The notes under the pieces were generated by a model. It made no database searches. It had not been told where the DNA came from and saw only the letters and a program-made list of their open reading frames with translations. A stretch of 124,000 nt of DNA. Origin: Hyalangium minutum. Its GTDB lineage: Bacteria > Myxococcota > Myxococcia > Myxococcales > Myxococcaceae. The stretch is from contig NZ_JMCB01000002.1 of NCBI RefSeq assembly GCF_000737315.1, forward strand, positions 20,001-144,000, written 5' to 3'. The position numbers were made by a program, and so were the translations under genes. Below, piece by piece: positions 9,153 through 20,100 of this stretch (position 1 is the first letter of the stretch; the number at the start of each line of letters is the position of its first letter).

Positions 9153-10036
9153 AGTGGCGATTCGCGCTGGTCGCGCTCGCGGGTTTGCTGCTGGTGGTCC
9201 CCTGGGTGTTCACCGTTCGCATCATGATGCGAGACGAAGCTGTGAACCGGCTGCCAGGCGGGGCGCCAGTCAGCCCCGTGCTCTCGCAGGAAGACCGGGC
9301 GAGGCTGATGACCTTCCATCGCGACTGCAAGCAGAGTGATGACTGCGACCCCCCGCTGGGCTGCCGGAAGTACTGGAAGCTGCGAAGGTCGATCTGTACG
9401 GACAGCGAGTGCGTGTCTGACCTCCAATGCTCGGAGGGAGAGACGTGTCAGGTGGTGCCTTCCGAGGGGAACGGGCCCCGGCTGCGCCTCTGTGTTCAGC
9501 AGGGCGTGCGGCAGGAGGGGGAGGCGTGTGACCTCTTTCCTGGGAGTAGCCCGCAAGCCTGCGGGCCAGGGCTGCTCTGCCGCGAAGGCCGCTGCGGACG
9601 GGCTTGCCAGCCCTCAGCGCCCGAGAGCTGCCCGCGGGGGTTCTTCTGCTCGGACAGCCCTGAAGGCTCAGTGTGCCTGCCCACGTGCGAGGAGCAGGGC
9701 TGCCCCGAGGGACAGCAGTGCCTCCGGTTCAACCGCGTGGGGGACCGGAGCGTGTCCGCCTGCGTGAGGGTGCGCGGGGTGAATTGTCAGAAGACTTCCT
9801 GCGCCCAAGGGCAGGAGTGCCGGGTGCTCCATGTCCCCGAGCATCCAGAGGAGGCACATGTGTCCTGTGCCATCCCCTGTGGCTCGGGCCGGCCCTCTTG
9901 CCCGGAGGGCCTCATCTGCCCCCGGTTCTTCTGTGTAAAACCTTGTGACCCACGGGCCGAGGGGATGTGTGGCCCGGATGACGAGTGCCGGCAGCTCAGC
10001 TCGAATGATCCTTGGGCCTGCCGGCCCCTTCTGTAG
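9149..10036 (+). CDS. Membrane-anchored cysteine-rich repeat protein (32 Cys; Dickkopf/latent-TGF-like Cys repeats)
   Basis: N-terminal TM followed by recurring CxxxxxCxxGxxC units. Confidence 0.7.
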   Translation: MKWRFALVALAGLLLVVPWVFTVRIMMRDEAVNRLPGGAPVSPVLSQEDRARLMTFHRDCKQSDDCDPPLGCRKYWKLRRSICTDSECVSDLQCSEGETCQVVPSEGNGPRLRLCVQQGVRQEGEACDLFPGSSPQACGPGLLCREGRCGRACQPSAPESCPRGFFCSDSPEGSVCLPTCEEQGCPEGQQCLRFNRVGDRSVSACVRVRGVNCQKTSCAQGQECRVLHVPEHPEEAHVSCAIPCGSGRPSCPEGLICPRFFCVKPCDPRAEGMCGPDDECRQLSSNDPWACRPLL

Positions 10037-10051
10037 CGTAGGCTCTGGCCC

Positions 10052-10807
10052 GTGGTCCACGTCCTCTTCTTCTCCGACAGACAGGTGCGCGACAAGCTCT
10101 TCGCCCTCGTGGACGGGACGCGAGGGTTGGTGCTCGTGAAGGGCGTGCGCCATGGCAAGGACATGACGCCTCCGCAGGAGCGCGAGCCCTTTGACACCCT
10201 CGATGCCAGCTTCGGCCACGCGCTCACCACCGTCATCGTCGCCGACGAGGGCAGCATCGAGGGCATGTGGCGAGACCCGCTCGGAGACCTCGCCGAGCGT
10301 CTCTACCCGCGCAGCAAGGACGACGCCTATACCGCCGCGAGCAGCTACCTCATCCTCGAGAACGGCCGCCCCCGCGCCGTCGTGCGCAAGCGGGAAACGC
10401 CCCGCGAGGATCTCTGGTACCTCCAGGAGGCGCTCAGCCAGCTCACGTCCCGCATCCCCGCGCCTGACCCCGCTCGCAAGCCGGGCCCTCGCAAGGCCGC
10501 TGCTCCCAAGGCCTCGCGCCGCCCGCCCTCCAACGACCCCACGCCCCCGCGTGGTACCCGCGCCTACGCCTACGCCGAGCCCGAGTTCGAGCCCCCTCCC
10601 GAGCCGCCCGCAATGGACCCCTGGAAGGTGCTCGGCATCGCCCCCGGTACCTCCAAGGACGAGGCCCGTCGCGCCTTCCGCGCGCTCGTAGCCCAGTACC
10701 ACCCGGACAAGGTCGCCCACCTCGCTCCCGAGTTTCAGGAGCTGGCCGAGCGCAAGACGCGCGAGCTCCTCGAGGCCTGGGAGCAGCTCGAGAAGTCGCT
10801 CCCCTGA
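10052..10807 (+). CDS. C-terminal J-domain protein
   Basis: DPWKVLGIAPG...ARRAFRALVAQYHPDK (HPD motif). Confidence 0.85.
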   Translation: MVHVLFFSDRQVRDKLFALVDGTRGLVLVKGVRHGKDMTPPQEREPFDTLDASFGHALTTVIVADEGSIEGMWRDPLGDLAERLYPRSKDDAYTAASSYLILENGRPRAVVRKRETPREDLWYLQEALSQLTSRIPAPDPARKPGPRKAAAPKASRRPPSNDPTPPRGTRAYAYAEPEFEPPPEPPAMDPWKVLGIAPGTSKDEARRAFRALVAQYHPDKVAHLAPEFQELAERKTRELLEAWEQLEKSLP

Positions 10808-10810
10808 GCC

Positions 10811-11797
10811 TCAGCCCTCCGAGGACACGGGCGCGGAGGGCGGCACCGAGTCCTCCAGCGTGAAGCGCCCAATCAGCGGCATGTGGTCCGACAGCCCATG
10901 GAACCGGCTGGTGATGTCCCCGAACGGCCGCGTCTCCTCCATGTCCAGCCACCGCACCCCGCTCCCCGAGAACAGGTGGTCCAGGTGCATGCGCATGTGC
11001 ATGAAGCCCGCCGTGGGAAAGCCTCGGATGGACTTCGGATCAATCTGTCCCACGCACGCCTGCGCGCACGTGAGCCGCGCCTCGTCGCACAGGTACTGGA
11101 ACACGGGCGAGGCTGGCGGCGAGTTGAAGTCCCCGGTCACCACGAACGGCTCGCCCTGCGAGTGCTCCGTCAACAGCGACACCAGCTTGCGCGCCTCGTG
11201 CAGCTGGTTCATCCCGCGCCCCATCTTGTCCTTCGTCGCCCAGAACTCCTTGGCGAACGGCGTGGGCAGGCTCAGGTGCGTGTTGAAGACGTGGAACGCC
11301 CGCCCATCGTCCGCCCGCTGCAGCCGCATGTGCGCGCAGATGCGGCTCTGCTTGCGCTCCTTCAGCCGCTGCACGTGGTGGTAGGTGATTTGAGCCGGCG
11401 CCTCCACGTTGTGCCGGTCCACTCTCAGCGTCTTCCGGTTCACCAGGATGGCCAACCCCGTGGTGTACAGCGAGAAGTCCCACAGCTTGTAGTGGTGCGC
11501 CCGGAAGTAGAAGGCGTCGTAGGGCATCTCGCGGCCCTGGGCCCCGAAGATCTCCACCATGCGCCCCATGAAGGCCTGCAGCTGGGTCTCCCCCGGGTGG
11601 CTCGGCCGGTGGGCCACCGAGCTGCGGAAGGAGCTCGTCTCCACCTCTTGCAGGCAGACGACGTCGGGCAGCGGATTCAACGAGGCAATCGCCGCGGAGA
11701 CCCGGCGCTTGGGGCCCGTGGTGCTCGCCAAGCCGCGAAGCGCATGGCCGAAGTACCGAACGTTGTAGCTCACGAGACGTAAGGATGTGGCAGCCAC
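10811..11797 (-). CDS. Endonuclease/exonuclease/phosphatase family protein
   Basis: SYNV, CLQEV, NTHL, TGDFN, LDHLF and SDH motifs. Confidence 0.9.
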   Translation of the reverse strand: MAATSLRLVSYNVRYFGHALRGLASTTGPKRRVSAAIASLNPLPDVVCLQEVETSSFRSSVAHRPSHPGETQLQAFMGRMVEIFGAQGREMPYDAFYFRAHHYKLWDFSLYTTGLAILVNRKTLRVDRHNVEAPAQITYHHVQRLKERKQSRICAHMRLQRADDGRAFHVFNTHLSLPTPFAKEFWATKDKMGRGMNQLHEARKLVSLLTEHSQGEPFVVTGDFNSPPASPVFQYLCDEARLTCAQACVGQIDPKSIRGFPTAGFMHMRMHLDHLFSGSGVRWLDMEETRPFGDITSRFHGLSDHMPLIGRFTLEDSVPPSAPVSSEG

Positions 11798-11990
11798 GAG
11801 ATGACTTTACCCATGCCGCCCGCTCCGGCTACTCCGGGGCGTCTGGTCCCTTGCCTGCTTTGCGTTCTAGCTGATAGTGGACACTCCGCCCGGGTGCTTC
11901 CGCCCCGGTGAAAAAGTTCCCGCCCCCAGGGTCGGCTGTGCGCGGGGGGGCGCTGAATCGCCCCAGCTCTTCCATTTCAAGGAGTCTCAG

Positions 11991-12548
11991 ATGCGTTCGC
12001 TCAAGTGGGCAGTCGCCGTCGTGGCAGCAACCAGCTTCCTGGGTTGTGGTGGCAACCAGCCCTCCATCTACCGCGTGGCCGTGCAGCGGGTGACCGCGGA
12101 GAACACCCCTGCGGGCTGCTACGTCCCGGGTCAGGCGCCTACCACCATCAACGACAAGTCCACGAACCTCGTGGACCGGCAGCAGTGGGTTCTCTGGGAG
12201 GGTATCGAGGACGCCGTGTACCTGGAGCCCGGGAACATCAACTACAACATTGGCCAGGCCGAGAACGTCGCCATCAGCGCGGACACCATCCAGGGCACCA
12301 AGGCCGACGGCAAGCACACCTTCACCAGCGAGCGCACGCGGAGTGCCCCGAACGAGGTCTACACCACCTCGGCCACCTACACGATCGACAAGCTGGGGAG
12401 CACCATCGAGGGTGCGCTGCTGCTCCGCTCCGTGTGCACGGGAGCGAACTGCGATTTCACGACCGCTTGCGAGGTCACGCTGACCTACTCCGGCATCAAG
12501 ATCGACGCCGACCAGTTCAGCGTCTTCACCCCCAGCCCGGGGACCTGA
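11991..12548 (+). CDS. Lipoprotein of unknown function
   Basis: AGGAG RBS; MRSLKWAVAVVAATSFLGC lipobox; beta-rich body. Confidence 0.7.
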   Translation: MRSLKWAVAVVAATSFLGCGGNQPSIYRVAVQRVTAENTPAGCYVPGQAPTTINDKSTNLVDRQQWVLWEGIEDAVYLEPGNINYNIGQAENVAISADTIQGTKADGKHTFTSERTRSAPNEVYTTSATYTIDKLGSTIEGALLLRSVCTGANCDFTTACEVTLTYSGIKIDADQFSVFTPSPGT

Positions 12549-12662
12549 TCCCCTTTGGGCCGCCAGGCCTCTCCGGGCAGGGGAGGCCTGGGCCTCAGGC
12601 AGGCGGAGCGCTCAGTCCAGGCGCGCGTCCGGGCCGAGGATGTTAAAGGTGGGGGTAACACC

Positions 12663-13505
12663 ATGACGCCCACCTCCTCCCGTTTCCGTGGCACCGAGAA
12701 GTACCTCTCCAGCGAGGGCCTCCAGGCCGCCGTCAACTGTGCGCTGACGCTCCAGCGTCCCCTGTTGGTGAAAGGCGAGCCCGGCACCGGAAAGACCCTC
12801 CTGGCCGAGGCCATCTCCGAGGCGCTCGGCATGCGCCTCATCCCCTGGCACGTGAAGAGCACCACCCGCGCCCAGGATGGCCTCTACGTCTACGACACCG
12901 TGCAGCGCCTGTATGACTCGCGCTTCGGCGACGGGGACGTGAAGGACATCCGCCGCTACATCCGCCTGGGGCCTCTGGGCGAGGCCTTCTCCGCGAAGGA
13001 GCGCGTGGTGCTGCTCATCGACGAGGTGGACAAGGCGGACCTCGAGTTCCCCAACGACTTGCTCCACGAGCTGGACCGGATGCGCTTCCGCATCGTGGAG
13101 ACGAACGAGGAGGTGGTGGCCGCGCACCGCCCCGTCGTCATCATCACCAGCAACAACGAGAAGGAGCTGCCGGACGCCTTCCTGCGCCGCTGCGTGTTCC
13201 ACTTCATCGACTTCCCGGACACGGACCTGATGCGCCGCATCGTCGGCGTGCACCACCCGGGGCTGGACGCGGAGCTGGCCGAGCAGGCCCTGAAGGTCTT
13301 CTACGAGCTGCGCGGCTTCTCGCGGCTGCGCAAGCGGCCCACCACCAGCGAGCTCATCGACTGGATCGCCGTGCTCAAGGCCAGCGGCGTGCAGAGCTTC
13401 AAGCTGGATGAGAACCTGCCCTTCCTCGGCGCGCTGCTGAAGAAGGAGCAGGACCTGATGGCGGTGGCCGAGGCGTTCGGCCGGGGCCGCCGGACGCGGG
13501 CCTAA
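12663..13505 (+). CDS. MoxR-family AAA+ ATPase
   Basis: GEPGTGKT Walker A, LLIDEVDKAD Walker B, ITSNNEKELPDAFLRRC. Confidence 0.92.
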   Translation: MTPTSSRFRGTEKYLSSEGLQAAVNCALTLQRPLLVKGEPGTGKTLLAEAISEALGMRLIPWHVKSTTRAQDGLYVYDTVQRLYDSRFGDGDVKDIRRYIRLGPLGEAFSAKERVVLLIDEVDKADLEFPNDLLHELDRMRFRIVETNEEVVAAHRPVVIITSNNEKELPDAFLRRCVFHFIDFPDTDLMRRIVGVHHPGLDAELAEQALKVFYELRGFSRLRKRPTTSELIDWIAVLKASGVQSFKLDENLPFLGALLKKEQDLMAVAEAFGRGRRTRA

Positions 13506-13523
13506 GTCCCGGGAGAGCGCGCC

Positions 13524-14729
13524 ATGTTCCTGCCCTTCCTCTACGAGCTGCGCAAGCGCAACATCCCCGTGGGCACCCAGGAGGCGCTGGCCCTCGCGGG
13601 CGCGTTGCGCGCGGGGCTTCATGACAGCAGCCTCGACGGCTTCTACCACGTGGCGCGCTCGCTGCTGGTGCACTCGGAGGCGCACCTGGACGCCTTTGAT
13701 CAGGCCTTCCTGGCGCACTTCAAGGGCGTGGAGTCCGCGGGCCTGCAGCTGACGCAGGAGCTGATGGACTGGCTTCGCGAGGCCAAGGAGCGGAGGGACC
13801 TCACCCCCGAGGAGCAGGAGCTGCTCAACTCGCTGGATGAGGAGGCCCTGCGGCAGCTCTTCGAGGAGCGGTTGCGCGAGCAGCGCGAGCGCCACGACGG
13901 CGGCAACCGGTGGATCGGCACGGGGGGCACATCGCCCTTCGGCAACGGGGGCCATGGGCAGCAGGGCATGCGCGTGGGCGGCACCGGCGGTCGGCAGGGC
14001 ACTGCTCTCTTCCAGGCCGGCGAGCGCAAGTACCAGGGCTACCGGGACGACGTGGTGCTGGACACCCGTCAGTTGGAGGTGGCGCTGCGCAAGCTGCGGG
14101 CCTTCGCGCGCGAGGGCGCTCCGGACGAGCTGGACGTGGACGAGACGATCAACGCCACGGCGAAGAACGCGGGCGAGCTGGAGGTGGTGACGCGGCCGCC
14201 GCGCCGGCCCAACACGCGCGTGGTGCTGCTGATGGACGTGGGCGGCTCGATGGATCCGTACGCAGCGCTGATGAGCCGGCTCTTCAGCGCGGCCAGCCGG
14301 GCCACGCACTTCAAGGAGCTGCGCACCTACTACTTCCACAACTGCGTCTACGGGAAGCTCTACGCCACCCCGCAGCTCACAGGCGGCACCACGGTGCCGG
14401 ACCTGATTGCGCAGGTGGGCAAGCACCACAAGCTCGTCATCGTGGGCGACGCGTACATGGCGCCTTACGAGCTGGGCATCCGCGCGGATGCCAACGGGCA
14501 CTACTCCCCGGACGGGCTGGAGGGGCTTGTCTGGATGATGCAGTTGGCGCAGCACTTCGAGCGCAGCGCGTGGCTCAACCCCGAGCCGCCTCGCATCTGG
14601 CCCAACAGCACCATCGCCACCATCGGCCGCGTCTTCAACATGTTCCCCCTCACCCTCGAGGGGCTGGGCGAGGCCGTGTCCCACCTCACCAAGGGCCGCA
14701 CCCCCAAGGGCCTCTCCGCCCGCCGCTGA
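13524..14729 (+). CDS. VWA-domain (CoxE-like) partner of MoxR
   Basis: LLMDVGGSMDP MIDAS motif, YFHNC, VGDAYMAPYE, WLNPEP. Confidence 0.85.
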   Translation: MFLPFLYELRKRNIPVGTQEALALAGALRAGLHDSSLDGFYHVARSLLVHSEAHLDAFDQAFLAHFKGVESAGLQLTQELMDWLREAKERRDLTPEEQELLNSLDEEALRQLFEERLREQRERHDGGNRWIGTGGTSPFGNGGHGQQGMRVGGTGGRQGTALFQAGERKYQGYRDDVVLDTRQLEVALRKLRAFAREGAPDELDVDETINATAKNAGELEVVTRPPRRPNTRVVLLMDVGGSMDPYAALMSRLFSAASRATHFKELRTYYFHNCVYGKLYATPQLTGGTTVPDLIAQVGKHHKLVIVGDAYMAPYELGIRADANGHYSPDGLEGLVWMMQLAQHFERSAWLNPEPPRIWPNSTIATIGRVFNMFPLTLEGLGEAVSHLTKGRTPKGLSARR

Positions 14730-14754
14730 GTTGAATTTTCGCGACTGACCCGGG

Positions 14755-16053
14755 ATGCTTGTCTTCATGCCCGTGGGTCTTCTGGCGCCGCAGAGTGATT
14801 CCTTTGCACTGCAGGCATTGGAGCGGCATCGCCGCAGGCGCGAAGAGCAAGGGATTCCCACGTTGACCGTGTTGGTGGGACCCCTGGGACGGTCCAAGGG
14901 CCTCTTTTCCCGCTGGCTCGCCTCGCGTCACCGGCCGCTCTGTACGGTTGTGTCCGCGACCCCAGCCGAAGCTGTTCGTGCTTGGACCGAGGCTCTCGCC
15001 AAGGCGCGGGACCTCCCGGCTGCGGCTGCGGATTTCCTCGGGAACGTGCTGGGCTTCGCCCCAGGGGCTCTGCGAGCCCGGTTGGAAGGCAAGACGGCCT
15101 ACGAGCGGGACGTGTTGCTTCAGGAGCTCCTGCCTGCGGCACCCGTGGGAGATTCCGGCCCCCTGTGCAGGCTGCTTTTGCTCTCTTCGGAGGTGCCAGC
15201 TCCTGGGGCTCTCTTCGAGCCGCTGCTCCGCGGTTATGGAGGGGACCCCGCTCGCACTTTCTCGGCGCTGCACGCCATCCTTCCCGCAGGGACGGCTCCG
15301 GCGCTCTTGCTGACGGGCTCCGGGGCAGAGGGGTGTGCGCGTGCTTCCAGAGCCGCAGCCAATCTCTGCGAGGCCGTGCCCGTGTTGCCCATCGCGCTCA
15401 GCGTGGAGCGGACCTGGGTCGACGCGTTCCTGGCAGGCCCTGAGAGTCGCTCACTCGCCATGGTCCGCGAGGGGCTCATCGAGGTGGCAGCGCCTTCACC
15501 TCAGGCTTTGCAGCGGAGGTTGGAGGAACTGGGCGTCCGCGACACCGAGCTTCTCGCTGCGCCCCTGGCCCAGCTTGCCGAGGATGGCGCCTCGGATGAG
15601 CTGGTGACCCGCTTTGGCCGGGCAGCGCTGGCTCGGGAAGCCGCTGCCCGCGAACCTTCCGGAGCCAGCCGCGCCCGGAGCGCCGAAGAGGAGTTCCTGC
15701 ACCTGCTCTTGGAAGAGATTCCAGAGACGCAAGGCCTCTTCGAGCTCAATCAGAGGGCAGGATTCCTCATCCAGGGCCGACCTGTCGAGGTGGATTTCCT
15801 GTCACTGACCTTGCGTGTGGCGATAGAGGTCGACGGTTACTATCACTTCCGGGACAAGGAAGCCTATCGGCGCGACCGCCGAAAGGATTTGGCGCTCCAG
15901 CGAGAAGGCTATCTGGTGCTCCGGTTCCTGGCGGACGATGTGGTGGAGCGGTTTCGCGAGATTCGCGATACACTCTTGGAGGTCGTGGCCCACAGGCGCG
16001 ACCCGTCAAGGCGGCAACCGCCGCTGGGGGAGGATGCAGATGGTGGGGAGTGA
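14755..16053 (+). CDS. DUF559 (Vsr/very-short-patch-repair-like) nuclease-domain protein with long N-terminal domain
   Basis: C-terminal EVDFL...VAIEVDGYYHF...DRRKDLALQREGYLVLRF is the DUF559 signature; N-terminal TLTVLVGPLGRSKG may be a degenerate P-loop. Confidence 0.85.
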   Translation: MLVFMPVGLLAPQSDSFALQALERHRRRREEQGIPTLTVLVGPLGRSKGLFSRWLASRHRPLCTVVSATPAEAVRAWTEALAKARDLPAAAADFLGNVLGFAPGALRARLEGKTAYERDVLLQELLPAAPVGDSGPLCRLLLLSSEVPAPGALFEPLLRGYGGDPARTFSALHAILPAGTAPALLLTGSGAEGCARASRAAANLCEAVPVLPIALSVERTWVDAFLAGPESRSLAMVREGLIEVAAPSPQALQRRLEELGVRDTELLAAPLAQLAEDGASDELVTRFGRAALAREAAAREPSGASRARSAEEEFLHLLLEEIPETQGLFELNQRAGFLIQGRPVEVDFLSLTLRVAIEVDGYYHFRDKEAYRRDRRKDLALQREGYLVLRFLADDVVERFREIRDTLLEVVAHRRDPSRRQPPLGEDADGGE

Positions 16054-17080
16054 AGTGTCTCATGTTGGAGATCTGGCACTCGCCTGGTTGCTGACACGCG
16101 CGGAGGGGAAGGGGGCTCGGAGTGACCTGGCCCGTGCGTTGAAGCCTCTCACGGACCACCGCTGGAGCAGTGGGGAGTGGAACACCCGGTTGGAGGGGCT
16201 GCTGGAGCAGCTCGTTCACGAGGGGCTCGTGCAGCAGAACGCTCGCAAGGGACTGACCCTCACCCCGCAGGGACGCACGCGGGCCCTGGCGGCCTTGCGC
16301 CTGGAGCGCCTGCCCAAGGGAACCACCTGGAAACAGCTCAAGCGGACTCACCTGGTGGCGCTGGCCTTGGGGCTGGCTCCTTCGCCGTCGACGCTGGCTC
16401 GGCTGGGCCGCGCGGATGGCATGCGCGCGGTGCTCGTGCAGAAGCAGCTCGGGCTCCCGGCTCCCGGCTCCCAAAGCCTCGCGCAGGTCCGGGATGCCTT
16501 GTGCTGGCGGCAGCTGGGCGTGGAGACGGACAAGCCTTTCACGCTGGCGGCCGTTCAGTCGGTGTTGCTCAGCCGGGCGCTGGAGGCCACGCGCGAGCTC
16601 GCTCCCTCGCAGGCGCTGCACCAGCTCGCCGCCAGGAGCGTGGGCGCGCGGCGGACGGACCCGGAGAGTCTCCGGCTGGCCACGCTGCGGGCCTGGGCAC
16701 TGCCTTTCGGGGAGCCCGCTCCGGCTCAGCCCCGTGCTCCAGACAGCGCCTCCGCCCCTCCGAGCGCCGCCGCCACGGGAGCGGAAGCCACTCGCCAGGA
16801 CGAGGGCCTGCACCACTTCGCGGAGCGCGTCTTGCAGGTAGCCCGTGGCGCGACAGAAGGACGTTTTGGAGATGACCGGGTCTTCATCTCTCACGTCTGG
16901 CGGGCCATGCAGGCGCCCGGCCTGGACGAGCAGTCCTTCAAGCGCCGCCTCATCGAAGCCAACCAGAAGCGGCTCCTGTCCCTGAGCCGCGCCGACATGG
17001 TGGAGCTGATGGACCCCACGGAGCTCTCCGCTTCGGAGACCCGGCACCTGGGCGCCACCTTCCACTTCATTGCGTTGTAG
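16034..17080 (+). CDS. Hypothetical protein, possibly with winged-helix-like N-terminus
   Basis: Start overlaps the DUF559 gene stop; LEQLVHEGLVQQNARKGLTLTPQGR resembles a wHTH wing; conserved-looking C-terminal domain (RVFISHVW...LSLSRADMVE). Confidence 0.7.
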   Translation: MQMVGSEVSHVGDLALAWLLTRAEGKGARSDLARALKPLTDHRWSSGEWNTRLEGLLEQLVHEGLVQQNARKGLTLTPQGRTRALAALRLERLPKGTTWKQLKRTHLVALALGLAPSPSTLARLGRADGMRAVLVQKQLGLPAPGSQSLAQVRDALCWRQLGVETDKPFTLAAVQSVLLSRALEATRELAPSQALHQLAARSVGARRTDPESLRLATLRAWALPFGEPAPAQPRAPDSASAPPSAAATGAEATRQDEGLHHFAERVLQVARGATEGRFGDDRVFISHVWRAMQAPGLDEQSFKRRLIEANQKRLLSLSRADMVELMDPTELSASETRHLGATFHFIAL

Positions 17081-17121
17081 CCGCAGCTCACCCCGCCGTA
17101 CGGGCTTGAGAACCGCCGCTC

Positions 17122-20100
17122 ATGAGCCACCAGAACGATCTCCGCCTCTCCGCCTTCTTCTCGGACACCGAGGTCTTCCACCCCATCCAGCACCGCCACG
17201 ACATGTGGCGGCAGGATCCGTTCGATGTCGAGACGATCCACAAGGAGGCACGCTCCGCCTTCGAGCGCCTGCTGCTGCGCGCGACGACGCCCCCGCGCCC
17301 GGAGTCCGGCCGCATCCTGCTGCTGCTGGGGGACTCGGGCTGCGGGAAGACCCATCTGATGCGGGCCTTCCGCTCCAGGGCCCACGAGCGCTCGCTGGGC
17401 TTCGTCGGCTACATGCAGATGACGACGGCCCAGTCCAGCTATGGGCGCTACATGCTCAACAACCTGGTGGACTCGCTGGACCAGCCCTATCTGGCGCCCT
17501 CGGAGCCTCGTTCGGGCCTGGAGCGGCTCTCCGGAATGCTGCTGGAGCGGTGCAGCAAGGTCGCCGCCCTCCTCGCGGACTCCGAGCAGGATGCCGATGA
17601 GGTGCCCGCGCTGGTGGACATTGCCGCGGATGAACTCAAGGGGCAGCCCCTCTTCGAGCGGTGCGACCTGGACCTGATGCGGGCGCTCTTGTTCCTGCAG
17701 CGCAATGACACGCGCATCAAGAGCCGGGTGCTCAAGTACCTGCGCTGCGAGGATTTGTCCGAGGGCGATCGAAAGGTGCTCGGAGGTCTGGTGCCTCGCA
17801 TCCACGACCATCACCCTCTGGAGACCGTGGAGCACCTGGGGCGGCTCGTGGCGGCGCTGGACCACTCGCTGGTGTTGTGTGTGGACCAGCTCGAGGGGTT
17901 CAACGACTTCGAGTCCCAGCAGGTGCCGCACTTCCGCCGGGCCATGACCGCGCTGTGTGACTTGGCCGATCGCGTGCCCTCGTCGATCATCGTCATCAGC
18001 TGCTTGCACAACTTCTGGCAGGGGTTGAGCAACCAGCTCACGCAGTCGCTGCGGGACCGCATCGAGAATGCGCCGCCCTTCATCAAGCTGGAGGCCCAGC
18101 GCACGGCCGATGAGGCCCGGCTCATCACCGAGCGCAGGCTGGAGCACCTCTACGCGCTGAAGGATGCACCCTTTGATTACGCGGAGCCCACCTACCCCTT
18201 CCCGCATGAGGGCTTCGAGGCGCTGTCGGGCCATCGCGCACGGGAGGTTCTCGATACGTGCCGGCGCTGGCGCGAGCACGCCATCTCCACGGGAGTGCTT
18301 CCCCATCAGTTCCCCTTGAGCAGCGAGAAGGCAGAGCCGCTGCCCGAGGTTCCCCCGCAGGAGACCCTGGCGCTGGATCAGGAGTGGAACGATTTCCGCA
18401 CCGGGCACTCCACGCCGCCTCCGGAGGAGGACTCGGAGCTGTCCTCGCTGCTGGCGTGGGCGCTGCAAGCTTCCATGGACGAGTTGGAGACAGGACACCG
18501 CGTCCAGGCCCGGTCCGAGGGTGAGGCCCTCTTCGTGGAGCTCACGCCCGGAGATCAGCGGCTGCGCCTGGCCTTCTGCAACAAGGGGGCTCAGCGGGGA
18601 GCCCTCGCGAGGCAGATCGAACAGGTGCGCAAGGACGCCAAGGGGCGCATCCCCGTCGCCGTTCGTTCCAGCTCCTTTCCCAACAGCCCCAAGTCCGAGG
18701 CAGCCCTGGAGCTGGGCAAGCTCCTCAGCAAGGGCGGGCGCAACGCCGTGCTCGAGGACAGCGATTGCCGCCTCATCCTGGCGCTGAAGGCTTTCCGGCA
18801 GCAGCACGAGTCCTACCCGGGCTTTGCCGCGTGGCTCCGCTCGACCCAGCCCCTGAGCCAGCTCAAGCCCTTGCGGGACATTCTGGATCTCGACCACCTG
18901 AGCCGCCCGGCGGCCGTGCCCGGTGCAGCGCCCGCGCCCGCGGTGGCGCCGCAGACCGAGTCTTCAGCGCCTGCTCCCGTGACCGCTCCACCCGTGGCAG
19001 CTGCTCCTCCCCGGGCGGCGCCGGAGCGCCAAGGGACCGAGCAACCCCCCCCGCAGCGTCAGCCTTCTGCTCCCTCACGTGCGCGTGGGCCGGTGCCTCT
19101 CCGGTTGGGCGCCGAGGAGAGTCTGCTCAAGGAAGAGATCTCCCTGCTCCCGGATGAGCTGACCAAGCATGCGGCCTTCCTGGGCGGCTCCGGGAGCGGC
19201 AAGACGACACTGGCGCTGAACGTCATCGAGCAGCTCTTGCTGCAGGGCATTCCGGCCATCCTCGTGGATCGCAAGGGAGACCTGGCGGGCTATGCGACCG
19301 AGGAGTTCTGGACGCGCAGTGCCAGCAGCCCCGAGCGCGCCGAGCGCCAGGCCCGGCTCCGCGAGTGCCTGGATGTGGCGCTCTTCACTCCGGGGCATCC
19401 ACAAGGGCGTCCGCTGTCCATCGCCATCGTTCCGGAGGGGCTCGCTCAGCTGCCAGAGTTCGATCGGCAGTTGGCCACCCGCCATGCCGCGGATGCGCTG
19501 GCGGGCATGCTGGACTACCGGCAGAGCCCTCGCGACAAGTCCTGCCGGACCTTGCTCAGTCAGGCCATTGATCAATACGTCCAGCTCTCGCAGCAGACCG
19601 TCGCCCTGGAGCCGCTCATCCAGTTCATCGGGGACAAGGATCCTCGGCTGGTCAGCGCCGCGGGCCGGCTGGACACCAAGTTGTTCGACAAGCTGGCGGA
19701 TGACCTGGACCGGCTGCGCATCGACACGGAGAAGACCCAGCTGCTGGGGGGCAGCGGGGCAGACAAGCTCGACATGGACCTGCTGCTCGGACGAGGCGCC
19801 CATGCGCGGCCCGGAAAGACGCGCTTGAGCGTTCTCAGCACCCGGTTCCTGGGAGACACGCACAGCGTCCTCTTCTGGATCTCCCAGTTCCTCATTGAGG
19901 TGACGCGGTGGCTCAACCGCAGCCCCTCCAGCTCACTGCAGGCCGTCATCCTCTTTGACGAGGCGGACATGTACCTGCCTGCCACGCGTCAGCCCGCCAC
20001 CAAGCAGCCCATGGAGAACCTGCTGAAGCGGGCTCGCTCGGGAGGGCTGGGCTTGATGCTGGCGACCCAGAGCCCGGGCGACTTCGACTACAAGTGCCGC

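Noticed and set aside
11830-11990. CGCTGAATC resembling the start of a c-di-AMP (ydaO) riboswitch
   Set aside because: The remaining conserved elements are missing and it lies too close to the start codon
12612-14897. 761-aa antisense ORF over moxR/VWA, and similar ones at 43860-46607, 48992-51607, 53821-56298, 85452-88088 and 91864-94587
   Set aside because: All are shadow ORFs of well-supported genes and show no recognisable motifs
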